The translations under genes and the position numbers were made by a program. From Mobula hypostoma (lineage: Eukaryota), in NCBI RefSeq assembly GCF_963921235.1, contig NC_086109.1, positions 16,494,001 to 16,558,000 on the forward strand: DNA of 64,000 nucleotides, read 5' to 3'. Positions 23,700 through 36,744 of the stretch are shown here, piece by piece (the first letter of the stretch is position 1; each line of letters begins with the position of its first letter). Under the pieces are notes generated by a model that was not told where the DNA came from, made no database searches, and worked only from the letters and a program-made list of their open reading frames with translations.

Positions 23700-24272
23700 T
23701 ATAGGAGTTGGGATGTTATGGGGAGGTTGTATAAGACATTGGTGAGGCCAAATTTGGAGTATTGTGTACAGTTCTGATCACCTAACTATAGGAAAGGATA
23801 TCAGTAAGATTGAAAGAGTGCAGATAAGATTTACTAGGATATTGCCGGGTCTTCAGGAGTTGAGTTACAGGGAAAGATTGAACAGGTTAGGAATTTATTC
23901 CTTGGAGCATAGAAGAATGAAGGGAGATTTGATAGAGGTTTACAAAATTATGTGGGGTATAGACACTTAGAGGAGGAGAGATAATTACGAGAGGACACGG
24001 CTTTAGGGTGAAAGGGGAAAGGTTTAAGGGGAACATTAGGGGGAACTTCTTCACTCAAAGCATGGTGGGAGTGTGGAACGAGCTGCCATCTGACGTGGTA
24101 AATGAGGGCTCACTCTTAAGTTTTAAGAATAAATTGGATAGGTACATGGATGGGAGAGGTCTGGAGGGTTATGGACTGGATGCAGGTCAATGGGACTAGT
24201 GGAATAATGTTTCAGCACAGACTAGAAGGGCCAAATGGCCTGTTTTCTGTGCTGTAGTGTTGTATGGTTCTA
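23700..24272 (+). mobile_element. CR1-like LINE 3' fragment
   Basis: KDISKIERVQIRFTRILPGLQELSYRERLNRLGIYSLEHRRMKGDLIEVYKIM; KGERFKGNIRGNFFTQSMVGVWNELP. Confidence 0.9.
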
Positions 24273-24937
24273 TATTAACAGATAATAAAACATTTGTAGA
24301 TGTACAAGTTGACATAAAGTCCATTGACGACATATAGTTGCATAAATATACAACAGTAAAATGCTACTGGCACCATCATAAGTCATGTGTACTGGATGGG
24401 AGCAGAGTGTTTAGAAGTCTCAGATTCTGGGGGAAAGACACTGTTACCCAGCCTAACAGCCCTTGTTCTTACACTGTGGTACCTTCTGCCTGATGGTAGG
24501 AGATCAAAGAGATTGTGGGACGGATGGGCGGGGTCCTTGACAATGCTGAGGGCGCTGCGAATGTGCTACTTCTGGTATACGTCCTGGATGGGGAGCCTCT
24601 TGAGCAGGACTCCTACCATTAACCAAAGGGTCCGTGGACCCCAGGTTGGGAACCCCTGCTAAAATTGCGATAGTTGGGGAATTAGAGGGAAAAAAGGGAT
24701 CGTGAAGAGTAAGTTTATTGGTCTGGGTGGGGGATATTCCCAAATTGGCATTGGCCTCTGTGTGGATCCATTCTCCCACATGGATTTGGGTGGGATGCAG
24801 CACATAAATATTCTATTAGACACAGTGGGACACCCAGCATGAGTCAAACTGTCTTTCTCTGTGTTTCATTGCTCATCACCTTGTACCATTAATTGAAGTT
24901 CCGTTCTCTCTCTGAAGTGGCTCTTTTATGATTTGAG

Positions 24938-25104
24938 GTTTAAGGATGGACAGGGCAATAATCTTTATGGTGGGAACTACATCATCCACGACAACGGCAC
25001 TTTGGAGCTGCGTCGGGCTCGGAAGTCAGATGAGGGAACCTACACTTGCATAGCAACCAACACATTGGGAAAGGCAGAGAACAGGCTGCGGCTGGAAGTC
25101 AAAG
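24938..25104 (+). CDS. NFASC: Neurofascin exon, Ig5 C-terminal part (167 nt)
   Basis: tttgag|G...AAAG|gtaagg; [55 protein letters not shown]. Confidence 0.93.
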
Positions 25105-25189
25105 GTAAGGTTTGTTGTGCAATGCAGCAAAGACTCTTGTCACCTTTAGAGCAATTTGACACAAAATTTGTTTTCCTTTTTGAACGATG

Positions 25190-25655
25190 AATTCTCCATT
25201 TTCTGTTCACCTGCTCTCCTTTGTCCCTGGTCTCTCTCCTGATCCACCCAGTTCTTCCTACATTCACCTCAGCTCCCTCTCATCACCCATTGCATCTGAC
25301 CATCATTCGCACACTCGTCCTACTGGGTACCCTCCTCCCACTGTTCCCATTCACTCTACCTACCTCCTCGCTTGATTCCATGCTCCGCCCTCCCCTCCTA
25401 TCAAATTCCATCATCTGTAACCTCTTTGCCATCTCCACCAATCAGCTCTCAGCTTCTATTTACACTCTCTTCCCCTCCATCCACCTATCACTTGTTAGCT
25501 CTTGTTCCACCACATCCCTCCGCCTTTATATACTGGCCATCTCCCCTCTTACCTTTCAGTCCTGATGAAGAGTCTTGACCCGAAACGTTGAATGTCCACT
25601 TCCCTCCATAGACGCTGCCTGACCCACCGATTTCCTCCAGCATCTTTGTGTTGCT
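25190..25655 (+). mobile_element. Neptune-type PLE 3' UTR / terminal repeat with near-intact hammerhead
   Basis: CT-rich UTR then cagtc-ctgatga-agagtcttgaccc-gaaa-cgtt-gaatg at 25557-25594. Confidence 0.75.
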
Positions 25656-25684
25656 TGTATTTCACTTGTCTGTCTTTAATATAG

Positions 25685-25832
25685 AACCAACAAGGATTAT
25701 AAAGGCCCCAGAATCCATTGCAGTTAAGAGATCACATGCTGCCAGATTTGACTGTAAAGTGAGGCACGATCCAACGTTGCGACTGAAGGTAACCTGGCTG
25801 AAAGACGACAAAGTTCTCTCCTTACCATGGAG
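25685..25832 (+). CDS. NFASC: Neurofascin exon, Ig6 N-terminal part (148 nt)
   Basis: aatatag|AA...GGAG|gtgagt; PTRIIKAPESIAVKRSHAARFDCKVRHDPTLRLKVTWLKDDKVLSLPWR. Confidence 0.95.
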
Positions 25833-26029
25833 GTGAGTGCTGAATCCTCCTGGCCGCCATCATCTTCACGTTGGTATGGTGCATCTGCTGACCCGATCCA
25901 TTCCCGGGTACCTGGAACTACGGCACAGATTGTTCACTCATTTTCATTTACTTTTAAGGCTCGTGGTTAGATCATAAGAGATAGGAGCAGTATTAGGCGA
26001 TTCAGCCCATCGAATGTGCGCCACCAATC

Positions 26030-26698
26030 AGTCACCCCTAAAGGTTAATTTGCAGGTCAAATCAATGATGAGGAAACCAAATGGAATGTTAACATTCATT
26101 ACGAGAGGATTAGATTATAAAAGCAAGGTATGTAATGTTGAGACTTTATAAGGCACTGGTGAGGCCTCGCTTGGAGCATTGTGAGCAGTTTTAGGCCTTT
26201 GAGAAAGGATATGTTGACATTGGAAAGGGTTCAAAGGAGGTTCATGAAAATGATTCTGGGATTCAAAAGCTTATCATATGAGAAGCATTTGATGGCTCTG
26301 GGCCTGTACTCACTGGAATTTAGAAGAATGGGGGAGGGGGTAATCTCATTAAAACCTATCGAATGTTGAAAGGCCTCACTGGAGTGAATGTAGAGAGGAA
26401 GTTTCCTTTGGTGGGGGAGTCTAAGACCAGAGGACACAGCTTCAGGTTAGAGGGACGTCCATTTAGAACGGAGATGAGGAGGAATTTCTGTGGAATTTGT
26501 TGCCACAGGCAGCTGGGGAGGCCAATTCACTGGCTATATTTAAGGCAGAGGCTGATAGATTCTTGAATAGTCAGGGCATGAAGGGATACAGGGAGAAGGC
26601 AAAAGATTGGGGTTGAGAGGGAAATGGATCAGCCATGATGAAATGGCAGAACAGACTCAATGAGCCAAAGGACCTAATTCTACTCCTATATCTCATGG
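26030..26698 (+). mobile_element. CR1-like LINE 3' fragment
   Basis: KDMLTLERVQRRFMKMILGFKSLSYEKHLMALGLYSLEFRRM; FPLVGESKTRGHSFRLEGRPFRTEMRRNF. Confidence 0.9.
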
Positions 26699-28286
26699 TT
26701 TTATTTATTTTCCTCAACCCCATTCTTACTGTGACTCTGTTTTTTACCATTCGAGAACCTATCAATTTGGAGAAGAATGAAGTGGACGTTTCAGGCCTAC
26801 ATTCATCCTCACCTGGCTTAACCAATCACCTTTCAGCTTGTACTCCTTCCCCTCCGCCCACCTTCTTATTTTGGCTTCTTCCTTCTTCCCTTCCAGTTCT
26901 GATGAAGGGTCTCAGCCTGAAATGTCGATTCTTTATTCTTCTCCACAGATGCTGCCTGACGTATTGTGAGTTCCTCCAGCATTTTGTGTGTGTTACTCTA
27001 GATTTTCATCATCTGCAGGATCTCAATACTCAGAGTACAAAGTCAACTTTAATGAAAACAGGAATTGCTAGAAACAGTCATCAGATTAAACTGCCTGTGT
27101 GGGAAGAGAAAGAGTTAATGTTTCAGCTTGAAGGCCCAATGTCAGTTTTGTTGTTCAACATTTTATGTTAGTTCTCTTTCCTTTTCCACAGAAGTGGCCC
27201 CACCTGCTGAGTATTTTCAGTTTTTTTTTTAAATTTTAGATTTGCAGCATCTGGACTTTTTTTGCTTTCAACTCTGCCTAGCTGCAGGGTGGCATTAATG
27301 TCCAAGTCTTCATCCATGGAAAATAAAGTGCACGACAACCATTGAAGGGTGGGGCCTACTGCCACTGTCGAAGGGTGGAGCCTACTGCCACTGTTGTAAA
27401 TTTGGAAAACCAGTTCCAATGGCACCAGAGAATTGATAACCGGTCAACTGAATCCAGGCGCAGAAAGGTGACCACCTTTCTCCTTTTAAAAGGAATCTGA
27501 GGGGATCTTCTTCACTCAAAGCGTAGTGCGAGTGTGAAACAAACTGCCTACAGAAGTGGTAGATATGGGACTGATTACAGCATTTAAAAGAAGCTCGGAT
27601 AGGTACATGGATGAGAGATGTATAGAGGGCTTTGGTCCAGCCACAGGCAAATGGACTAGAAAGAAGACTAGTTTGGAATGGACTAGATGGGCCAAAGGGC
27701 CTTTCTTAGTGCTGCAATACTCTGTGGCTGCACGTGCCTCATCAGATTCGATCAACATCTCATTGATGTGGGAAAGATACTCACTAAGATGAGACAGTCA
27801 CACACAGGGATGCCATCTCCTGATTTGGATGCACCATACTTAATCAGGTTGGGCCACACCCTTGGTGATCTCAGTCAGACTCTTGTTGGGAATGAATTCT
27901 CTGTGCGTGACTGTCCCATCTTAGTAAGCATCTTCCCCATATCAGAGGAGCTGATTGAATCTGAGAGGGCACTTAAGGTCATAGAGTACTACAGTACAGA
28001 AGGAGGCCCTTTGGGGCCTACTCCATCCTGACCTGCTCTTCTTCCTACTCCCATCTACCCGCACTGGGACCATAGCTCTCCTTACCCATCTCATCCATGT
28101 ACCTATCCAAACTTCTCTTCAACATACAGTTGAACCTGCTTCCTCTGGTTCGCTGGAAAGAGTCAGATCCTCAAACATTTAGGTCCAAACCTTAACCCCA
28201 GTGGCCCATATGGGCCAGTGCATGGGTGTGGACTAGTACTTTAAGGAAAGAATAAAAGGAAATGACAAGACCATGTTTAATTTCAG

Positions 28287-28411
28287 GGCAAAGGAAGATG
28301 AGGACTCTTTAACGATCATCAATGTGTCTGAGCGAGATGAAGGAACCTACACCTGTGTAGCCCGCACAGACCTGGACAGAGATTCAGCCAAGGCACGTCT
28401 CACTGTTCTAG
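28287..28411 (+). CDS. NFASC: Neurofascin exon, Ig6 C-terminal part (125 nt)
   Basis: tttcag|G...CTAG|gtaaat; AKEDEDSLTIINVSERDEGTYTCVARTDLDRDSAKARLTVL. Confidence 0.96.
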
Positions 28412-28508
28412 GTAAATTTAATGATCTTGTTGGTTCTGCAGTTCCAAGTCACCAAATGGGAAATGAAGTGGATTAATCAATTATTTAAGGGGAATCTGAG
28501 ATGCATTA

Positions 28509-29165
28509 CGAATAAACTCCTGTTGGGCTTCCAGATGGGTACAGGAATCATTTACAACCGACGAGTCAATGACAAATTCTGCCATCTCCTTCAGGGATGA
28601 TGACTGGTAAGACTGATCTGGTGGTGCTTCCCTGTTGTCCATCCCCCCGATTGGTTAGTCCTCATCCAATCAGGTTTCCACTCTCCCACCTTGTTTACAA
28701 TCGAATTCCAGTTCTTACTTAAAGTGAGACCTTCATCTTTGTTTAAATTGTTTTCCTCTAGTTTTACTTCAATGCCTTCCTTTACCAGGTGGTCCCAAAT
28801 GCCAGTGGTGTGGCACAGTAGTTTTGTGCCGTCTAGCTCAATCCTATGGCCATTGCTAATACCATGTTCTGCTACTGCCGATTTCTCCAGGAAACTCAAA
28901 TGGATACACCTCCTGTGCTCCCAAAACTGCAGACAAAGATCTCGCTCTATGTAAGAACGGAATTCAATTGTAAACTAGGTGGGAGAGCAGAAACCTGATT
29001 GGGTGAGGACTAACCAATCAGGAAGGACAAACAACAGGGGTATAAATACACTGGACTAGATATGCTTAAGCATCATCCCTGAAGAAGATGGCAGAGTTTG
29101 TCATCAAAATGTCAGTCATAATCGATACCTGTATCTGACTGAAAGCCCGAGAAGAGTTTATTCGT
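28509..29165 (-). mobile_element. Second PLE family (Penelope/Poseidon-like): endonuclease C-terminus with inverted terminal repeats
   Basis: Minus-strand EKSAVAEHGISNGHRIELDGTKLL...KEGIEVKLEENNLNKDEGLTLSKNW; 28509-28715 is an inverted copy of 28950-29165. Confidence 0.85.
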
Positions 29166-30169
29166 CTTTTACGCTGGGAAAGGAGTAGATCCTTAACAAT
29201 GAGATACATTAAGTCCTCGTGTTTGTCCATCAAAGTTCAGCAGCTCAGGCAAAATAAATAACTTTAAATGATGGACAGCCATGAAGACTAAGGCACAGTG
29301 ACCTTTGCTTCAGAAGTGCTCATCTGATTTAAAAGTTCTTTCCATGAAAACTCACCCAAAATAATTTCAGTGCTGTTTTACTCTAGTACTGAAATCTTTC
29401 ATATAGGCCAGTATACCTCTTGCCTTCCTAACTGCACGGTGTGCTTTCAGTTATTCAAATACATGTACATGGACACCAGCTGAACACTAGCACCAGTCCA
29501 TCTCTCACCAATTATCTTACCAAACTGGTACATGTTTTTCCACAGATATTCTATCTTCCCTTCCTTTGTCCATTGATCAAGTCTGTCCATATTTCCCTGA
29601 AGCCTCTCTCCAACCTCCTTACATTCCCAATATTGCCAGCCAACCTCACATGTACACTGGTATCCAAATCCAAATCATTTATATTGTGATCAATTGAGGG
29701 TCCAGCAGCAATCCCCAGGCACAACCACCTAATGTGCAAATTACTTTATTATTTCCGCTCCATTTTCTGACATTTAACCAATGCTCAATCATCACTATAT
29801 GTTACTCTCAATACTGTGTGCTCTAATTTTGTTTAATAAACTTGAAGATTAACTAACACTAACAGATTATTTCAGAACACATGAGATCCCCTATTAGAAG
29901 ATGCAAGTAAGTTAATATCAAGGATGAACTAAGTTCCTTTGTTCCATCAACTATCAAGTCTTTAAATTAGGAACGGATGGTAAGTGGGTTGGTGCATATC
30001 ATGATGTCATTGTGACAAATACTGAGTTGTGACATCCTTAATTTACAGAATCCAAACCAAACTAAACTAGTGCCAGGGCAAACATTTTTAGAAGATAGAT
30101 AGATAGTAAGTTAGTCCTGAAGATTTGGTCACCTGGGAAGCATGGTGATTTGGTAAATTGGAACCAAAT

Positions 30170-30555
30170 CTGGCTTGGTCATAGAAATCAAGAAGAGGAG
30201 TGTTCCTCTGGATAAGCTGAGGCTTTTCCCCCTGGAGTATAGGGGGCTGATGGGTGATATTATAGAGTTGTAAAAAATCATGAAGAGTTATAGATAAGGT
30301 GATGGTCACAGTTTTTATTCCCAAGGTTAGGGGTGTGTAAAACCTAAAAGGGATAGATTTTATGGGGGGGGGAGAGGGTGGTGGGTATGTGGAACAAGCT
30401 ACCGGAAGCAGCTGTAGAGGCCCTACAACATTTAAAAAACATTTAGACAGGTACATAAGGCAGGTTTAGAGTTATATGAGCCAAATGCAAGAAGATGGGA
30501 CTAGCTCACATGGGCAGCTTGGATAGTGTGGATGAGTTGTGTTGAAGGGTCTGTG
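30170..30555 (+). mobile_element. Decayed CR1-like LINE 3' fragment
   Basis: ccctggagtatagggggctgatgggtgatattatagag..catttagacaggtacat. Confidence 0.75.
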
Positions 30556-31294
30556 TTCAGAAAGTTTAACCCTTCATTTTACCATCAGTCATTAGCAGGG
30601 AAATGCATCACGCTACACATTCTATTTCCACCAGAAATAAAAGTTGAACAAGGCAGAAATGATGGATAAGCAACCCAGAGGTGGAGTCTTTGTGTTTACA
30701 ACAACCTTGTTGCAGATTGAAAGTAATACTGTGTGCCAGTTCTTAACAATAATTCATTTGTTTAACAAAAGAATAATTACTGATTCAAAGCAGAAATACC
30801 TGTAGGCTTTAAGGCAGAAAACTTGACTACAGAACTCCGTTGCTGAAGTTTATTCATACCCATTCTGTGTGCTGTAGATTGGTAGGTTTACTCAACTGGA
30901 ATTAGGTAAGTGAATTAGTCAAGAACTCCCCATTATGGTGTGATTCAGTCAGGTGCTGTTGGAAGGGGAGTGTACCGAACAGTGTGACACAAGTGCAGCA
31001 GTTAGTGCTGTTTCCTCATTGCTTTATTGACCCAAGTTCACTCCCAATCACAGCTGCTGCTTATATGGAGTTTGCATGTTCTTCCTGTGACTGTTTGGGT
31101 TGTCCTTGGGTGCTCCAGTTTCATCCCACTCTCCAGAAGCATGCAACAGGTTAATCAGCAACTGTAAATTGACCTGAGTTCAGGCAGGTTAATGAGGGGA
31201 AGTTAATGGGTATGTGAGAGAGAATAGGCTACCGATGAAATACTCACAATAATGCTCTCAGAGCCAGCATGAACTCAGTGGGACAAGGGACCTC

Positions 31295-31705
31295 AGAACC
31301 AGGCTTATTATCACACATTTGAAATTTGTTGTTTTGCATCAGCAGTACCGGTACTATACATAAAATATACTATAAATGTTATATATACACATGTACTATA
31401 TTATATTAATTCAATTTATACAAACACACACAAAATTCAATATGTAGTGCAAAAAGAGAGCAAAAAAGTGAGGTAGTGTTCATGGGTTCATTGTCCATTC
31501 AGAAATCCGATGGCAGAGGGGAAGAAGCTGTTCTTAAAACATTGAGTGTGTATCTTCAGGCTCCTGTATCTCCCTGACAGTAGTAATGAGAAAAGGGCAT
31601 GCTCTGAATGGTGAGGTTCATTAGTGAAGGATGCTTCCTTTCTAATGCATTGCCTTTTGGAGATGTCTTCAATGGTAGTGCCCATGATGGAGCTGGCTGA
31701 GTTTA
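31295..31705 (-). mobile_element. Rex1/Babar-like LINE 3' fragment
   Basis: Minus-strand HALFSLLLSGRYRSLKIHTQCFKNSFFPSAIGFLN. Confidence 0.8.
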
Positions 31706-31887
31706 AAACACTGAAGAATTCTCAAGAAAAGTTGTGTTGGTTTGAATGCATTGGGAATTTGACTACATAATCCAATATATCTCTTGATGGTTATCTGCTA
31801 TTCCTCAATGTAACTGTTATTTTTATATTGTGCATTTTGTGATCAATGCGAAACTAAACTTTATCATCCTTCCTCTTACATTCACAG

Positions 31888-31932
31888 TTGTTCCCTCCAC
31901 CCAAATTACCCCGCTTGCTGCTGTACTAAAAG
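31888..31932 (+). CDS. NFASC: Neurofascin short linker exon between Ig6 and FnIII-1 (45 nt, probably alternative)
   Basis: ttcacag|TT...AAAG|gtaatc; phase 1-1; (V)VPSTQITPLAAVLK matches the size and the LAAxxK ending of the known 15-aa neurofascin cassette. Confidence 0.85.
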
Positions 31933-33790
31933 GTAATCTACTTACTAACTATGTCAAGCCTTTTAACAATTTGTGCCAAGTAATATCAGACTCAAATGGT
32001 CCACAAGACAGGGGTAACTGTGACCAGGTCTGGATGTAAACTGCATTTGACATCCTTACCCTAACAGGCACTACATTCTCTGCTCTGTCTTGGTATTCTG
32101 GGGAAGATCAATGACTCCAAATAAAATAAAGCCTGAAATCGTATGAACACTCAACCTCTTATTTTGACCTATAAAGTCAAGTCTACCAAGCTACCAGTGA
32201 ATTAGAAGAAAATGCATTTCAATAATACCATTAACAACACTAATTCCTGCACTAAAGTAAAAGTCCTACATATTAAAAAAAAGTAACTTGTACCTTGGCC
32301 TGAAACATCGACAGTTCATTTCCGTCCTTTGATGCATTCTCACCTGCTGAGTTCCTCCAGCATTTTGTGTGTCTAATTTGCATTTGTCCAATTTCTTAAA
32401 GAGAACTCTTGGCCAAAAAAAAGACATAGGCTGCAATTGATTAAAAAAAGCACAACTGTATTTTACAATATCCCAAAGTTCAAAAATTCAAAGTACATGT
32501 ATTGTCAGTGTATGTAGGCAATATACATCCCTGAGATTCATCTTCCCAGTACTAAAGCAGAAAACCTACATATCAATAAGAAGTTTTATGTATCCTGGCC
32601 TGAAACATCGACAGTTCAATTTCCTCCACAAGCATCATCCTTTATCCACAAGCTAATTTAAAAACTACTTCCAACCAAATGAGTGCATCGGCTTTCAAAT
32701 GTTTAAAAAAGTCAAAAACCTGCAGATTAGCAGTAAAACAAAAAACTAAATGCATTCAAAAATTTAAAGAAGGTTTGTAGGACAGACAACTTCAATAAAC
32801 TAGAGTATCATCTCAAGTGACAAATTATGACTATGCATGAAGGGAATACACAGAAAGTGTGAGAAGTAAACTCATTAAACACATCAGTGCTGTTGAAAGC
32901 AGAGAAGCAGGGCAAAGTCATTGCCTGGTACCTGGAAGCTTTGAGATCCAGAAGCAAATGAGAGCAATGAGAGAAAGATATTGGATTGGGAGATATACAC
33001 AGGGATGAGAAATCGTGTAATCAAGTTCGATAAGAACAATCACTAACAAGAACTTCACTATGACAGCTAAACATACACCAAGAGTTATAAACAAAACTAG
33101 CTAAAGACAGGATAATGAGTAGTAAGTAAGTAGACTAGCCAAAAATCTTCAAAGTAGTACCCAGATGTTGTCATTGCAGAGTTACATAACAAGTTGAGAA
33201 GACAATCTCACATCTCTTGTTCTCATTAAGATCAAAGGCCCCTTGCAAGGCTAAACAAGAAAGGTCAGATTAAATCAGATAGAGTTATCATAGATTGTTA
33301 GATAAAAACATTGGACTCTTAAGAAACACATAAAATAATATGACCACAACAGGAGCAAGGTTACCTTTCTCCCCCATGAAGTTATTTCCCTGAACATAAC
33401 CCAGCAGTCGGAGGCAGGTAATGGTGATGAAAAGTGGGAAAAAAGCTAGATAAACACTAATCAAACTAAGTGAACAGGGAAACAATGAAATCCAAGGGAG
33501 GTGACATTAAAATGCAGAAGAAACAGGCTGAGCTCTCAGTACTAATGTCACTCAAGCGTGGACTGGTAGCCTTCACCAGTCTATCTCAGACCCAGCCTCA
33601 AGACTTTGACCACAGGTCCCTAACCCTAAACAAATTCCTGACCATAAACCCTTATTGTTAAACACTAATCCTCCAATCCTAGCCCCTCATCCTAATCCTA
33701 ATCCTAAAAACACTCCAGATCTATGAGCCTTACTGAGATCACATTTCTTCCCCATTCTGATGTTTGGTCTGAACAACAGCTGAACCTCTT

Positions 33791-35937
33791 CTTCTATTTC
33801 CGGCAGTTTAGACACATCTAGGAGTATTACTGCCCTCCGCAGAATGTATAATTAATTATAGAATTTCAAGGAACTCAAATTCTCGAATATAACCTAGTCT
33901 CACGTATAAACTGTCACGTGGCTTCCAAATAATTGCATTGTCTCAAATCACATTAATTTCATCTGAATCATTTGTAAAACTAAAAGCTTCTTGTTTGAGA
34001 ATATTCATTATTGCATGCTTAACACTTAAAATTGCTGCTTTCCAAGTCTATCTGCTATTTCCAAGTTTTCCTTTTCTTGAATCAAAGCTTGTAGTTGTTT
34101 ATTGAGATCTTGAAGTTCTTCCTCAGTTGTTTCCAGGTTTCCATTTTATAATCCAAATGTAGATAATTCACTTAGCAACAAATTCCTTTTTCCTTTTGTA
34201 ACTTTGGTATAAGTTCCTTCATTTTTAATCTGTTTTCCATGTCACTGACTTTTGACAACAAGCATCTTTTCAGAAACCATCTCCTTTAAATGCAGTACTG
34301 TTTCGTCCAATCTCTTTCCAACTCAGTTGTTCTTATTGAGTACTTCTACTTGTTGGAGTTCTGTACATTTACCCTGGGTTTCAACCATGTTTCTTGTAAA
34401 CATAAAATCTGAGGTTTTTCCCTTAAATTCTGATACATACTTCATAAATTCTTGATCATTTGCAATAAGACTCTTTGCATTCCTTTGTGATATATATGAG
34501 AGAGAGAGCGCGCGCGCAATTAATTTACCGCTTCTCCTGCCTGTGAACTGTTGATCCTCAATTCAGTGCATCTTTGACTACTTCCCACCCAAGCCCTGTA
34601 ATACCAAGATATCTTTCTGCAGACTTGACTAATTTTAATTTTTTCGGTTCTTTTGTCTGTTTGCACTGAACAGTTAATTGCATCCTCCATAAACAGTACA
34701 AAATCCTTCTTACTCATTATTAGTGTATCCTTGTTTATCATATTATAGCCCTCACAATTCACCAGTTTATTATTCCCTGAATTTGTTTGCTTGATAGCCT
34801 TCTCTTTTCCAGCAAGTGCTTTCACTGCCTCTATGTAACTGATCCCTTGAGTTACTTTTACATATTGTATCTCAGCTTCTTTCTTGCTAATAACGCACCC
34901 TTGATAAGCTGCCTGTGTTCCTCGCCACAACTGCAGCATTTCAGCCTAGTTCCCGTCTCACATTTCCCGTGTTCATGTTCTCCAGCGCATCTTCCACATC
35001 TTTGTTTCCCTCTGCAGACCGTCGCAATATGCCCAAATTTCTGATATTTAAAGCATCTTAAAGGCAGTGGTATATATATTCTGACCTCATAACACATATA
35101 CCCTAAATAAACTTTAGTTGGCAATCTCTCTTCATCAAAGTTAATCATAACCAATAAACTATCACACTTTTTCCCATTTCTTGTAGCTTTCAAATGTTTG
35201 GCCTCAATAATTTTTGCTCCTTTTATGTTCTGTTTAATCTCATCCATAGTGACTTTTGTTGGTATCCCCAAAATAATACCTCTAGTCCACTTGCTATTAT
35301 TGGGTATTGAGTATTGAACTTTTTTGCCATTTATTTTATTTAACCTTCTCACTTTGCCTTGTTGAGTACTATCCCGACAAATCACTAATAGCGATCCATT
35401 TCATAAAATCTTTGCACTTTTGACTTCACTTCTAAGTTTGTTGATTATCTTCATCAAATGAATTGGGTTCCATTCACCAAAAGACACTCCATCTTCGCTC
35501 AGTTTTATAATTGCTTTAATCTCATCTTCTTTCTGTTGTTTTGCTATCCTATTTTGTTTGTCCCCTGACTCCTCAGAGTTTGACATCTCATACCTGTTTT
35601 CTTTTCTTACTCTTTCCACTCCATTCCTCTTTCTCACCAACATCCATCTCTAACTCACTTCCACTATCCATCAACCAGCAGTTCATCCTGCGGGATATTC
35701 TCTTTATCAACTCAGCAGATGTGGCCTCCGTACTCATCTCCTCTTCAGCAGTTCCGCCCACAATCAGCATTCCAGTCTGGCTCAAATCGGTGATGAAAAC
35801 AAGCAACATCGTCGCCCTCCGTTCCTCACTGCCCATAACGTGCAGGCTCGATACTCCACAATTCGGCTCTATTCGTTCAATTCACCTCTCCCCAATTCGG
35901 CCTCAACTTGAGTCAACTCAATTCGACTCTGCTGCAC
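33791..35937 (-). mobile_element. I-group (Nimb-like) LINE with ORF1 remnants and most of ORF2 deleted, inserted in a Tc1-like MITE
   Basis: Gag-like zinc knuckles PLRCFKYQKFGHIATVC..CGRCAGEH..CCSCGEEH; APE start LQETWLKP near 34375-34400; GAA-type tail; TSD CAGCTGAACCTCTT at 33777-33790 and 35938-35951. Confidence 0.85.
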
Positions 35938-36744
35938 CAGCTGAACCTCTTGACCATGTGTGCATGCTTTTATGCATTAGATGCTGCTAAATAATTGGCT
36001 GATTAGATATTTCCATTAACAAGCAGGTGTGCAGGTGTACCTAATAAAGTGGCCTTTAAACATTGGATTAAATTAGTCACCAATGAAATGATAGGTTTCT
36101 GGTTTAAGATTAATTGCCTCAGAAACAAACAAGTTAAAGAAATATTTTTATGCCCCTAGATACGAGAAGTTTCAGATCAAACTCAGATCTCTCAGTTCCA
36201 TCCTGTTAAGTGCTAGTGCTGTTCTCTTCCGGGTGTCATAATTAAAGAGATTATATTGCATTGATTGCCTGACATGTGGACTATGGCCTATTATACCAGG
36301 CCACACAGTTACTCTGAAACCAGTGATGATCAGTACACCAGTTTCATTTAGAACTGAGAGAAGTTATCAATATATGGTTCCTAAATGCAAACCACAGTAA
36401 TATACCCAACTTAGAATTTGTAGGATAACATCCGTGGTCTTAACCCCCTTTCTAAAACGTCACACAACTGTGCTATACCCTCCAACCACTAAGGTTCTAA
36501 TTGCAGTATTTTGAAGCTTTTCAAAAAATGACCTGGGAAAAAGAGAGGGGCAAACGGGGTTTACCAAATGGCTTAATTAATGTTGATCTCTAGAGCATCA
36601 TTGACCTGTTTAAACATTGAGAACAGGTAAGAGAATTGGTATACTCATTCCATTAGGTTTAATGAGGAGACTATGGTGATCCAGTTGGATCATTGCAACT
36701 TCCCTGTTTAACCCATCCTTAGTTACAGAACGTTTTTTCAGAAC

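Noticed and set aside
27344..27394. 26-bp tandem duplication
   Set aside because: Real but ordinary; two copies only and no functional hint.
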